A stretch of DNA of 64,000 nt from Thermoplasmatota archaeon (GCA_023381355.1 JAMCUL010000016.1:40244-104243); one strand, 5' to 3'; shown: positions 29,538 through 39,648, counted from the stretch's first letter. Notes: generated by a model not told the origin, from the letters alone. Made by a program: numbers and translations.

Positions 29538-30791
29538 TCAGGATCTTTCAAGCGCCATTGTCATGCAATGTGCGCCACCATAACCCCCCGTGAGTTCTTC
29601 AAGATCGATGGTTATGTAATCTATCCCGAATTGCCGCATTTTCTCGGGAACAGGGAACATCGGATCATCTGATCCGGGTAAATCGAAGGATGATTTGGAG
29701 GCGATTTCCCTGTTAATGATATTGTTCTTCAGCAGTTTTCTGAAAACCTTTGAAGAATCCACGCAGAGAATTTTACCGTTTGATAGGGTCAGGAAATTCG
29801 AGGAGTAGGACAGCTGTTCCACAACACTGAGATCCAGTATGCTGAATCCCTTCTCAACCATGTAGTCATACAGGACCATTTTCCTTCCCGGGGTGTAATT
29901 TTCTCCATCTCTCTCGTAAACTTGTCCCCAGGCCTTCTTTGCAAGTCTTGTAGAACATATGGCTACACCATCTGATGCAATGTTAAAATAGGTGTCAAGG
30001 TGCATGTTATTCAAGAGGTCATCAACCATGAAGTCGTACTTTGGATTTTCAAGAACAAAAATCTCATCATGAGCCAGCATCCCGGATGCAATCGCATCCT
30101 TCGCACCCTGTATATCTGTTCTTGGTCCTGTGCCTATAAGCCCAAACTCACCGCATGGAATGTAATCGCCCCCCTCAAAGAATGCATTTTCACTTATCTT
30201 ACTGACGTGTTTCCTGCCTATAATATGTTCCATGATGAAACCGGTAATTGGGGGTTCCGCCCTTCGCTGTGGCAGTTTCATCCTTCCAGATATTATTCCA
30301 TTGGATCCTGTTGCCTGCTGATCCCTCATGAAATACAGGTTTGCAAGCGGGATGTTTGAAAAGATTTTCGGATACTGCATATTATTCGATTCATCCATCC
30401 TGACATCGATTGATGGCTCGAGTATCATTAGGTTGAACAGCGTATCTGAATCGAGGTAGCTTATGTTCTTTGAAAAGTCATTTACAAGTCTTTTTGAATC
30501 GTCCAGTTCGCCATAGAACACAACCCTCTCCTTAACCTTCTCCTCCATGGCTGTCCTGAATACTCTGTTTGTGGAGGCCTGGCTGTTGAACATTTCCCTC
30601 AAAAGCCTGACGTTTACCCCGTTCTCCCTCAGCTTTTCCTCCAGCTCAACGTGTTCACGTATTGCCTTTTCCTTGTTGAAAGGCCTTTCAAAGAGGAAGG
30701 CCCTGGGGGCGAGCATTGCATAATCTATCTCAATCCCTGGCCTGTGAATAACCACGCTTCTCAGATTTTCCCACTCTTTCCTTATAAACAT
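29538..30791 (-). CDS. arcA: Arginine deiminase
   Basis: NLYFMRD, EGGD, MHLDTYF, GGAHCMT. Confidence 0.9.
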   Translation of the reverse strand: MFIRKEWENLRSVVIHRPGIEIDYAMLAPRAFLFERPFNKEKAIREHVELEEKLRENGVNVRLLREMFNSQASTNRVFRTAMEEKVKERVVFYGELDDSKRLVNDFSKNISYLDSDTLFNLMILEPSIDVRMDESNNMQYPKIFSNIPLANLYFMRDQQATGSNGIISGRMKLPQRRAEPPITGFIMEHIIGRKHVSKISENAFFEGGDYIPCGEFGLIGTGPRTDIQGAKDAIASGMLAHDEIFVLENPKYDFMVDDLLNNMHLDTYFNIASDGVAICSTRLAKKAWGQVYERDGENYTPGRKMVLYDYMVEKGFSILDLSVVEQLSYSSNFLTLSNGKILCVDSSKVFRKLLKNNIINREIASKSSFDLPGSDDPMFPVPEKMRQFGIDYITIDLEELTGGYGGAHCMTMALERS

Positions 30792-31805
30792 CTATTCACC
30801 TCTGATTCTGAAAAATTCCCCATCTATCACATACAGGGAAATCTCACTTCCTTTGCATTCACCCTTGATTGTTACCTGGCTGAAATTTTCCCTGTCCATG
30901 AGACTGCATTCACCATTTTCCCTGCTGACAACAACAAAAATTCGCCTCTCAGCCGATTCGCCAGTTATAAGGATTTTGTCAAAGTTAAGGTTCTTCTTGT
31001 TTATCTGAATTTCTCTTCCATTTTCCAGATCATTCAGATAAATCCCAAACGAACTTTTTCCCTGGTAAAGGTAGCGCTTGTTATTTACATATATGACTAC
31101 CCCCTTCTCAAAATCAAGAATCCGTACCAGATAGGTAAAACGGAAAAATTGTTTCCCGTCGCGTACCCCGGCTAATGTTTTGGATACGATTATATCACAG
31201 ATTTCCCTGTTTTTCATGTCTTTCGAAAACGAATCTCCGTCCTTTCTCTTTCCCAGATAGATGTCCACGCCATCTTTTACATATTCTGTCTTTGAGACAA
31301 ATGACTCTGGATCTTCCCTGTGGTTTCGCTCAACCATAGATAAGAGGATATTGCCTATCCGTTCCATTTCACTGGATATGCCTCCCGTCATTCCCCTGAT
31401 CTGTACCTTTGCCTCGTAATATGACCCTGTTACCTTATTGCATGTTGGACAGCTGATACTTTCTTTGATAAAGGGAATTTCGAACTGCTCCTCCCTTGAA
31501 TCGTTTATACTTCTTTGAACGTCAATCCTGATCTTGATATAATTTCCCTGGCTGTTCTTGCCTGTTATCTCACCGCCTGTTATCCTGAATGGTTCATTTA
31601 CTGAAAAATTTTCAAAAATCTTCTTTTCCCATTTATCCCGTCCATCCCTGTATACCCAGCCTTTACCAACAAAGTAAGCACCGCACTTTGGACATGTCTT
31701 TTCAATGATGGACCCCGGCACTTCAATATGCAAAGAATCCCACAGGCAAATCTGACATAAACCTTTCTCTACTGCCTCGTGCTTCCCGCACTTTATGCAT
31801 TTCAT
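30792..31805 (-). CDS. nmd3: NMD3 family protein
   Basis: Four CxxC pairs; YYEAKVQIR; DGVDIYLG. Confidence 0.88.
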   Translation of the reverse strand: MKCIKCGKHEAVEKGLCQICLWDSLHIEVPGSIIEKTCPKCGAYFVGKGWVYRDGRDKWEKKIFENFSVNEPFRITGGEITGKNSQGNYIKIRIDVQRSINDSREEQFEIPFIKESISCPTCNKVTGSYYEAKVQIRGMTGGISSEMERIGNILLSMVERNHREDPESFVSKTEYVKDGVDIYLGKRKDGDSFSKDMKNREICDIIVSKTLAGVRDGKQFFRFTYLVRILDFEKGVVIYVNNKRYLYQGKSSFGIYLNDLENGREIQINKKNLNFDKILITGESAERRIFVVVSRENGECSLMDRENFSQVTIKGECKGSEISLYVIDGEFFRIRGE

Positions 31806-31808
31806 TAT

Positions 31809-32957
31809 TTATTCTATTCCCCGACCCTTCCGGAAATCCTTTATCAGTGAGCTGGCAATAAGCTTTTTCCTTATTTCAGTAGTTCCAGCTCCGATCTGGC
31901 CCAGAATTGCATCTCTCAAGAATCTCTCGACTCCTGTATCCTTCATATATCCATTTCCACCCATAATCTGGATGGCTTCCCTGCTAACTCTCTCTGCAAC
32001 AATTGCTGAGTACAGTATGGAAGAGGCTGCACTTTTAAGGTCCATGTTGTTGTTTTCCACACTTGATAAAGCATCATAAGCAAGAAGTTTCGAGGCCCTG
32101 TATTCTGTATACATCATTGCCAGTTTATCCTGAATCATCTCGAATCTGTGCAAAGGTTCTCCAAACTGTTTTCTGTCGATGGAATACTGTGTAGCCTCAG
32201 TAAGTGCTCTTTTGGCAAGGCCGACAAATATGAATGAGAGTATGACCCTTTCAGAGTTCAGGCCGCCAAGAATTATGTTTTTCCCACCATTTTCTTCGCC
32301 GACAACCCTGTCCCTGTTCAGTTTTATGTTGTCAAAAAATATCTCACCTGTAGGTGATCCCCTCATTCCCATCTTGTCAAATTTCTTGCCCCTGGAGAAT
32401 CCCTCATCATCACTTAATACTATAAATGCTGTATATGCATCACCGGTTCTTGCGTATACAAGGAAGATATCTGAGTACGGGGCATTCGTAATATAGGTTT
32501 TTGAACCGTTCAATATATAATATTCACCGGATAACGTGGCGGAAGACTTCATAGCCAGCGCATCCGAGCCTGAAGATGGCTCTGTCAGTCCAAGCGATCC
32601 AATCTTATTTCCATTGCAGAGATCAGGAACAAATCTTTCCCTCTGCATGCGATCTCCATTCCTGAAAAGATTGTCGAGGGTAAGATTGCTGTGAGCCCCG
32701 TATGAAAGTGCCAATGAGGGAGAAGAATACCCAAGTTCCTCCTCAATTATTGCCTGTCCGATATATCCAAGACCGGTGCCCCCATATTCCTCCGGAATAG
32801 TGATGCCGAGATACCCCATTCTTCCCATCTCCTTGAAAACATCCTCCGGAAAATAATCCTCCCTGTCCATTTTCAATGCTAATGGCTCCACCTTTTGGGC
32901 AACAAAATCCCTGACATTTTTTCTCAACTCGCTAAAAATGTCCTGATCAAAGTTCAT
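31809..32957 (-). CDS. Acyl-CoA dehydrogenase (isovaleryl-CoA dehydrogenase-like)
   Basis: LSYGAHSNL, LTEPSSGSD, KMGMRGSPT, IGAGTTEI. Confidence 0.9.
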   Translation of the reverse strand: MNFDQDIFSELRKNVRDFVAQKVEPLALKMDREDYFPEDVFKEMGRMGYLGITIPEEYGGTGLGYIGQAIIEEELGYSSPSLALSYGAHSNLTLDNLFRNGDRMQRERFVPDLCNGNKIGSLGLTEPSSGSDALAMKSSATLSGEYYILNGSKTYITNAPYSDIFLVYARTGDAYTAFIVLSDDEGFSRGKKFDKMGMRGSPTGEIFFDNIKLNRDRVVGEENGGKNIILGGLNSERVILSFIFVGLAKRALTEATQYSIDRKQFGEPLHRFEMIQDKLAMMYTEYRASKLLAYDALSSVENNNMDLKSAASSILYSAIVAERVSREAIQIMGGNGYMKDTGVERFLRDAILGQIGAGTTEIRKKLIASSLIKDFRKGRGIE

Positions 32958-33184
32958 AACCCCTAACCCATAACATGTTAAATAATTTTCATGATCTTAA
33001 TAAACTTACACAACAACTTTTCAGCACACTGAATTCCTGAAGACAATGGTAAATTTTTCCGGATTTTCCCTTAATATCTGTCGGAGCAAGGAACGTCCGA
33101 AAATTTTACAATTCAGATTGCAAAATGAATTTCCTCCAGTGTGAATTCGGTTTACCAAACACAGGAAGACGTTACGTGAGTTTG

Positions 33185-33737
33185 TTATCTTCCATGTCGT
33201 GCTTCAATCCACATGTTTTCTGATATGCCGACTCTGATCGCGTCATTATATTCCTTAAAACCTTCCTGGCCGGGATTATGATGAACAGACACATATTAAG
33301 CAACAAGACTGATGCCAGGTCAGAACTTACCGTCAGCTCATCCTCCCTTTAAAAGTATGATTGCACCTGCAGAATTCAAGATTATTATACCGGAAAAGTT
33401 CAACAGGATATCCTGCACATTTCTACTGATCATTTCATGATACGGGATTTTTGTATTTTCACTTGGAAGGTATACTGCATCAGCCTCTGAGAATTTTCTT
33501 ATGATATTCCTCTCAGAATCCTTATCTTCAAGGAACAGTACATCTCAAAGCCACAGTACAAGAAATAGTCACGGATCACTCCCTAATAAGTTTGCCTCCT
33601 TTATGGAGAGCCAGAAGTCCATTGTATGACAAGGATACACCTCATGCCTGTCACTCTCCTGGCACCCCTCAACACTGATTCGTTTGTTCTTTGCCCCATG
33701 TCCTTACCCCCTGAAGGATTACCCACTTTTGTGCCAT
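33185..33737 (-). pseudogene. Peptidase S51 (dipeptidase E-like) pseudogene
   Basis: Stitched frames: MAQKWVILQG/GKDMGQRTNE..ILVIQWTS..RDYF../DVLFLED..ADAVYLPSENTK..IIILNSAGAII..GG*..PGISLV*YVSVH; several stops and shifts. Confidence 0.7.
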
Positions 33738-33999
33738 ATAAAAGTTAATCTTGCATAATTGAAAAAGTCCATTGATACTAGTGAACTCGCTAAGATTTTC
33801 ATATGGACATCCCGCTCCTGCAATTATAAACTCCCGATACTTTCCTGATGGCAGAGCCTTCAATCATACATCCAGAGGTTGATTTATGACTGCAGGATAT
33901 ATGCAGGTTTCTCTTTAATGCTAATATGGAAAACAACATACAATCACTCCAAGTAATATTTTATAAAGAAAACCTCATAACATCCAAGATTATCAATAC

Positions 34000-34821
34000 T
34001 TGTTGCCAGAAGATAAATTAGTCACCGATCTCAAATTCGTAAAGTCCGTTGAAATTCTACCGGATAAGAAGTTTGGCATAGATGATCTCAAAAAGGCAGC
34101 AAAGATTCTGGATGGAGTTGCCAATGTGGTAACCGCTCCAGAAAACCCCGGAGGGAGACCAGGAATCGATCCATTCTTTACTACCAGGACAGTTTCATCA
34201 CTTTCTCACGTAATCGCAGTTCCCCACCTGTCAACAAGGGATAAAAATCGTGTTTTCATAATTTCACAGATCATCAGCGCCATAAAGGATGGAATCAGGA
34301 ATTTCTTTGTTGTCGGAGGGGACCCCATTGACGCATCAATAAGCACATTTGAGGTGAGGGAACTGGATGTGATCGGGTTAATAAGAGAGATCAGGAGGGT
34401 GCAGCTTGAAGATTATGGAGGTAGACTGGAAATAAACATAGGCGCTGCGTTCAACCCGTACAGAACTATTGAGAAAGAGGTTTCTATGAAGAAGATGGAA
34501 TCAGGAACCGACTTTTTCATGACACAACCGGTGTACAGCCCCGGACATTTTGATCCTGAATTGATGAAGGTGAGGAATTTTAGAATAATTCCCGGGTTCA
34601 TTCCGATTAGGAGTAAAGGTGCGATTGATTTTCTCAAAAGGATGGGAGTAAACCTGGACATTACAGATGTCAGAAGATTACAGGATTCAGATGATATAGC
34701 AAGCCTTTCCAGGAGGATGTTCCTTGACGCTTTCGAGGAGATCAGGGGATATTCGATGGGGATTCATGTAATGCCAATGGGTGACTATAAAATGGCACGC
34801 GAGTTACTGGAGAGTATATAA
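34000..34821 (+). CDS. metF: Methylenetetrahydrofolate reductase family protein
   Basis: SVEILP, PHLSTRDKN, VVGGDP, GAAFNP, FFMTQPVY. Confidence 0.8.
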   Translation: MLPEDKLVTDLKFVKSVEILPDKKFGIDDLKKAAKILDGVANVVTAPENPGGRPGIDPFFTTRTVSSLSHVIAVPHLSTRDKNRVFIISQIISAIKDGIRNFFVVGGDPIDASISTFEVRELDVIGLIREIRRVQLEDYGGRLEINIGAAFNPYRTIEKEVSMKKMESGTDFFMTQPVYSPGHFDPELMKVRNFRIIPGFIPIRSKGAIDFLKRMGVNLDITDVRRLQDSDDIASLSRRMFLDAFEEIRGYSMGIHVMPMGDYKMARELLESI

Positions 34822-35724
34822 ATGACAAAAATAGAAACAATAATTGGCGGGATATACCCGAAGAGCGACGACTTGAGGCTGGCGATTGGTCGGTGGGAGA
34901 GAGGGGTTATTGATAGCAGGAAGATCGAATCAGACATAGTTTTCCATACGGAAAAATTCGACAGCCTTGCTGAAGGGGTTGTTCATACAGAGCCACTGTA
35001 TAACTGGTATGATATATTCCGGCCACTGATTTCTCTTATTGATGGCGCAAATCTTGGACCTTTAACAAGATTTGAAGAGACCAACACTTTCTATAGAATT
35101 CCAGAATTTGAACAGGAGGTCTCATTTGATACAGATCCGTTTATTTATCAGGAAATCAAAGATTCTCCCCCATTACCAATTTTCAAGGGCTCACAGGAAT
35201 CTATCCTCTTCTTTCCTGGCCCTCTTACGGTTGCTCAATATTCGAGATTCAACAGCGGGATAAGCAGAATGAACTTTATAGAAAAAATTACAGAAATTAT
35301 GTCCGCGATCGCAAAAGCAAGCGGTAAAAGTGAACTTTTTCTGATGGAAAGGGTACCACTTAGAGATGGCTATTCAAGGTTGATCGAGGAATACTTCAAT
35401 CCCGGGCAAGTATACCTGTTTACATCAGGAAGAATGAAGTCTTCCTATTTCGAGGGGCAGAAGGGAAAATTCAGATCTATCATAACAGATCCTAACCGTG
35501 AAAATATAGAAATATCCAGGAAGTTCTCCGTTACGCCTGGAGTAAAGATCATAGAATCGCACAACACAAGAATAGAGGAAGAGGAACACGTTAAGAGCGT
35601 AGTTTCAGGATACGATGTGGATAGGATTTTCGTAACACCTGATGATTATCTTGACTTTCTGCCAAGGAAAGTTGCAGATAGAAAGTTAGAATTGCTGCAG
35701 AAAGTTGGTGAGATAGATGAGTGA
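34822..35724 (+). CDS. MetE N-terminal-half-like protein (split methionine synthase)
   Basis: GIYPKS, WYDIFRP, LTRFEETNTFYRIP, PGPLT, LDFLPRKVA..K. Confidence 0.7.
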   Translation: MTKIETIIGGIYPKSDDLRLAIGRWERGVIDSRKIESDIVFHTEKFDSLAEGVVHTEPLYNWYDIFRPLISLIDGANLGPLTRFEETNTFYRIPEFEQEVSFDTDPFIYQEIKDSPPLPIFKGSQESILFFPGPLTVAQYSRFNSGISRMNFIEKITEIMSAIAKASGKSELFLMERVPLRDGYSRLIEEYFNPGQVYLFTSGRMKSSYFEGQKGKFRSIITDPNRENIEISRKFSVTPGVKIIESHNTRIEEEEHVKSVVSGYDVDRIFVTPDDYLDFLPRKVADRKLELLQKVGEIDE

Positions 35725-36763
35725 AAACAGATTTATTCTTCAAGAAATAGGCAGTTTCAGAAAACCTGATTACCTTAGCAATAACTTCCATAAAATTTTT
35801 GGGACTCAGGAATATTTTGAGAAAGCCTCCAAGGCAAGCCTGGAAACCCTGGCTCTCTTCAAGAAAGCCGGAATAAATAATTTCGGTGTTGGTGGGGAAA
35901 TGTTCAGATGGGAAATGTATGAGCATTTTGCCAACAGTGTTGAAAATATAAATTTTTACGGCCTTGTGAGATCCTTTGATAACAGGTACTACAGAAAGGG
36001 GAGCGTGACCGGCGAGATTTCACGCAAAAGCAGCCTGCATAAGGATGAAGTGGAATTCCTGTTAAAGAACACCAAGCAAGAATTGAAAATTCCCATAACT
36101 GGCCCATATACCATGATGGACTGGTCTTTCAACGAGAAGTATCCCGGCAGAAGAGAACTTGCGAACGCATTTTCGCAGATCATCAGGGAGGAAATAAAGG
36201 AGATCAGGTCCTTATGGGTAAAATATAGGGGAGATCAAAAACTCCAGATACAGATAGATGAGCCTGCTGCCACAACACATCCTTCTGAAATGGACATTGT
36301 TGTGGAATCGGTTAACAGATCATTCGAAGGAATAGGGGGACTCGAGACTTCAATTCATGTCTGTTATAGCATTGATTATGGGTACCTTTTCAACGTGATC
36401 CCGGATCTCAAGGTTGAGGGTTATAACCTTGAATTTGCGAACAGGGATTCCATGGCTCCTGGTGAAGGTGTTGATAAAAGACCGGGATATGCGGATGTAA
36501 AAAGATTCAAGGAAGCAAATGATGCAGTTGCAAAGAAGAGATTTCTTGGGCTCGGGGTGACAGATGTACATATAGATGAGATCGAAAGCGAGGAACTGAT
36601 AACAGACAGAATCAACACAGCAAGAAAAATACTGGATGATGACAGGATCCTGAGGATAAACCCGGACTGTGGTCTCCGAACCAGAAGTATCCAGGTCGGG
36701 TACCAGAAGCTCCTGAATATGTCTGAAGCGGTTTCCAAGATAGAAGGTAATAGGAATGATTAA
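35717..36763 (+). CDS. metE: Cobalamin-independent methionine synthase catalytic half
   Basis: IGSFRKP, TGPYT, QIDEPA, HVC, LEFANR, NPDCGLRT zinc ligands. Confidence 0.9.
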   Translation: MSENRFILQEIGSFRKPDYLSNNFHKIFGTQEYFEKASKASLETLALFKKAGINNFGVGGEMFRWEMYEHFANSVENINFYGLVRSFDNRYYRKGSVTGEISRKSSLHKDEVEFLLKNTKQELKIPITGPYTMMDWSFNEKYPGRRELANAFSQIIREEIKEIRSLWVKYRGDQKLQIQIDEPAATTHPSEMDIVVESVNRSFEGIGGLETSIHVCYSIDYGYLFNVIPDLKVEGYNLEFANRDSMAPGEGVDKRPGYADVKRFKEANDAVAKKRFLGLGVTDVHIDEIESEELITDRINTARKILDDDRILRINPDCGLRTRSIQVGYQKLLNMSEAVSKIEGNRND

Positions 36764-36880
36764 AGTACAGTGAACCTAACACATCTGGATATGTATCCTC
36801 AGGGGGCCTGATTCGTTATGACTCAAAGCAGGAAAGTTAGAACTTCCCTGCTTAGTACCCGTATTGGCACAGAGTGTCAA
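36764..36880 (+). mobile_element. Probable IS200/IS605 (tnpB) 3'-end remnant with hairpin
   Basis: Hairpin AAGCAGGAAAGTT-AG-AACTTCCCTGCTT; reads VNLTHLDMYPQGA*FVMTQSRKVRTSLLST; ends in TCAA. Confidence 0.4.
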
Positions 36881-37093
36881 ATCAAATTACCTAAGGTAAA
36901 ATTTTTTTGCCGATTTTCATCGAATAAGTAGTTTACGTTGGCCGGGTAGAGAAAGGATAATGTAATTCGACCTGTTAAGATTTGAATTATTACCATAAGA
37001 TTTAAATTTAATACAATTATTATTAAGTTTGTATGTAAAACTGTACAGAATTATTGTACGAATATTTATAACAACTTAATACATTCTACTTTC

Positions 37094-37867
37094 GTGAAGA
37101 ATGAATATAGTTTTCAACTGCAACTCCCACTACCTCCGCCCGTAGTATTTGAGTATATTGCAAATCCCTGGCTTTTCTTTAACCCTATGGCACATATTGC
37201 GGTTCGTAAGAAAATAACAGGCTTGAAATGGGATATCATCTTCTCACCAGATGTTGAACAATCAAGGGGAACAACATATTACGGAATCTTAGATGGTCCT
37301 GTAGTAAAAGGGGAAACTGTGAATTATAAGTGCAGAAGTATTGATAATTCTGTTGCAATGGAGATATCCATAAATGTAAGACCAAAAGGGGTTGAAACAT
37401 ACATAGATATCCAGTGGGGTCTGGAAACAAGCCTCGGTTTTATTGATAAAATCATGGGAGAAAGTTTCAGCTTAACACCTGAACACATATTCAAGAAACA
37501 TCTTTCCCTTAGAATCCCGGAAATACTTAACCTAATTAACTATAGGGAGCAGGGTAGGGAATTTCTTCTGGAGAAAGTACTTTTAAACGGAGCTACTGCT
37601 ATTCCCTATATAAAAAATAAAGCTAGAGAAATAGGTGACTGCATCATACTCGGAACTTCTAAAAATCTCAATTTTAAGATAGAAGTCAGGGAAGGACAAT
37701 TACTTACAATTCATTCGGAATCTGGAAACAGAGAGAATTTTGGTGGAGAAGCAATTCTAGAAATATTGAATAATTCCGATGAAATGACTATATGCTTTTA
37801 TCACATAAACGCAAAGGAACAAACTGCGGAATTGATAAAAAAGCAAATTTCACTGATGAATAATTGA
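37094..37867 (+). CDS. Hypothetical protein with probable N-terminal SRPBCC/START-like domain
   Basis: LPPPVVFEYIANP..., LDGP, TPEHIFKKHL; AT-rich. Confidence 0.55.
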   Translation: MKNEYSFQLQLPLPPPVVFEYIANPWLFFNPMAHIAVRKKITGLKWDIIFSPDVEQSRGTTYYGILDGPVVKGETVNYKCRSIDNSVAMEISINVRPKGVETYIDIQWGLETSLGFIDKIMGESFSLTPEHIFKKHLSLRIPEILNLINYREQGREFLLEKVLLNGATAIPYIKNKAREIGDCIILGTSKNLNFKIEVREGQLLTIHSESGNRENFGGEAILEILNNSDEMTICFYHINAKEQTAELIKKQISLMNN

Positions 37868-38169
37868 TTCCTGTATTTTACATCTTGATCTTTTGAATTT
37901 ATTTCTTTCATCCTGTTTGATGAGAATTGAGTTGCATTAGAACATAATTATCAATTTCTCAAAATCTATTTTTATAACATATGTGAGACAAGAATACCTC
38001 TTCAAGAACTGAGTCAAAGTAATATCGTCCACTTTAATGATAAAACCAAAAATTTTAACATATCTGCTTGATGGAGGATTATCAAGAAAAGAATACACAA
38101 TTTGAAGCGACTCACCGAGAAAACAACATGAAAAAAATTACTATTTAAAGACTGGAACTCTGGCATGAG

Positions 38170-38254
38170 TGCGAGGGGAGGGATTCGAACCCACGAACTC
38201 CTACGAGACAGGATCTTAAGTCCTGCACCTTTGACCAAGCTCAGTAACCCTCGC
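38170..38254 (-). tRNA. tRNA-Leu(UAA)
   Basis: GCGAGGG acceptor; CAGGA-CTTAAGA-TCCTG anticodon arm; long variable arm; GTTCGAATC. Confidence 0.95.
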
Positions 38255-38347
38255 TTCCAGTGGTGAAGTGCTAATTGAGTAAAATATCTTTCTTTATGAA
38301 AGCATCAGATCCATATCTTTTTATATAGAGATTTGACATAATGAGAT

Positions 38348-38629
38348 ATGGTATTTCCAAATGGCATGCCTGAAGATGCCGAAATTGTTAATTTTGAGGT
38401 TGAAGATGAACCAAAATGGGTTAGGGTCAAGCTGGAAGATGGTTCAGTTTTACAGATAAAGATGGAAATAGTAGGAATAATGAGGAATGGCAACGATCCA
38501 AACACTGGCCTTCCAATGTACATGGTGCAGGCAACAAACATAATCAGATTGAACCAGGTTCCAAAGGAACTGATAAAAAAGAACCAGATGAAAGGCGGTC
38601 AGGGTTCGGATGGAGCAATTTACCGTTAA
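38348..38629 (+). CDS. Hypothetical protein
   Basis: 93-aa ORF, WVRVKLEDGS..DPNTGLP. Confidence 0.75.
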   Translation: MVFPNGMPEDAEIVNFEVEDEPKWVRVKLEDGSVLQIKMEIVGIMRNGNDPNTGLPMYMVQATNIIRLNQVPKELIKKNQMKGGQGSDGAIYR

Positions 38630-39032
38630 AGGTATACGTCTTGACGATAAGGATTCTGCAATACTGAGCATGCTCAAAGAATGCTCCAGGATAAGCAATG
38701 TCGAAATTGCGAAAAGGCTGGGTATTACTGAAGGCACTGTAAGAAGAAGGATACATAGACTTGTGGAGGAAAAAATTATCAAAAGGTTCACGGTTGAAAT
38801 AAATGACGGAAAAAAGGAAGCTATAATCCTGGCTAAATGTGAGCCTGCATACATGAATTCAATCCTTCAACAGATAAGGAAGAAATTTGACAGGATATAC
38901 GAAGTTTCAGGAAAGAATGACATCGCAATAGTTTTTGAATATGTTGATCTCGAAACACTGAATGACAATCTGGACGTAATAAGATCTGTTACCGGAATAA
39001 GAAATACGGAGACTCTTATCAGGCTTAAATAG
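38610..39032 (+). CDS. Lrp/AsnC family regulator
   Basis: LDDKD..IL, EIAKRLGITEGTVRRRI, EVSGKND. Confidence 0.9.
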   Translation: MEQFTVKGIRLDDKDSAILSMLKECSRISNVEIAKRLGITEGTVRRRIHRLVEEKIIKRFTVEINDGKKEAIILAKCEPAYMNSILQQIRKKFDRIYEVSGKNDIAIVFEYVDLETLNDNLDVIRSVTGIRNTETLIRLK

Positions 39033-39117
39033 TGTCCTGTAACCAAATAAAACTGTGAGAAATAACCATTAGATATGGTTAAATAGAATCTTTTAATTTG
39101 CTGATTAAGTGATTACA

Positions 39118-39387
39118 ATGGCTGAAGAAAATATCATATACGTCGGGAAAAAACCAACAATGAATTATGTGCTTGCTATAGTAACCCAGTTCAACAATAA
39201 TGTTGATAAGATTGTAATAAAGGCAAGAGGCAAATCGATAAGCAAGGCTGTAGATATTGCTGAAATTACAAAAAACAAGTTCGTTCAGAACCTAAAATAT
39301 TCCAGAATTAATATAGAAACAGAAAAGGTAGAAGGGGAAAGGGGAGAGACGAATGTTTCCTCCATAGAGATCACTCTGGAAAAGTGA
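39118..39387 (+). CDS. albA: DNA/RNA-binding protein Alba
   Basis: YVGKKPTMNYVLA, KARGKSISKAVD, VSSIEI. Confidence 0.95.
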   Translation: MAEENIIYVGKKPTMNYVLAIVTQFNNNVDKIVIKARGKSISKAVDIAEITKNKFVQNLKYSRINIETEKVEGERGETNVSSIEITLEK

Positions 39388-39450
39388 TCTTTCCAATACC
39401 GTTTGTTAATTTGACTCCTTCAATCGATTTGGCAGTATTCTTTTAGATGG

Positions 39451-39648
39451 GTGGTCTGTTTTGAGGTTTCTTTTTTGAAGAAGATTTGTTCATTGTGCGG
39501 AAATGAATTCGAGTGCCACAGTGGGCTATTTTCGTGCTGGTGCACAGATTTGAGGGTATCTCCGGACTTCCTGAACTATCTCAGAAGAGTATCAAATGAT
39601 TGCGTATGTCCTAAATGCCTTTCACGAGGAAAGATTGAGAACCAGTAG
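39451..39648 (+). CDS. Cysteine-rich CWC family protein
   Basis: CSLCGNEFEC...CWC...DCVCPKCL; start uncertain. Confidence 0.75.
   Translation: MVCFEVSFLKKICSLCGNEFECHSGLFSCWCTDLRVSPDFLNYLRRVSNDCVCPKCLSRGKIENQ

Noticed and set aside
33185-33260. TnpB zinc-ribbon-like fragment (TCGLKHD) on the minus strand
   Set aside because: Better explained as an alternate frame of the S51 pseudogene C-terminus
33278-33315. C/D-box-like ATGATGA...CTGA (similar weak case near 24400-24433)
   Set aside because: Too short, no internal C'/D' boxes; the first lies antisense within a pseudogene
33185-33737. Stop-codon recoding (Sec/Pyl) or programmed frameshifting in the broken genes
   Set aside because: Mixed TAA/TGA stops plus frameshifts and degraded motifs indicate decay
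36780-38170. Integrated element at tRNA-Leu
   Set aside because: No duplicated tRNA 3' end (att) and no integrase found; AT-richness alone is insufficient
38014-38238. 74-aa ORF here, and likewise the 67-aa ORF at 51966-52169
   Set aside because: They are translations of tRNA gene sequence
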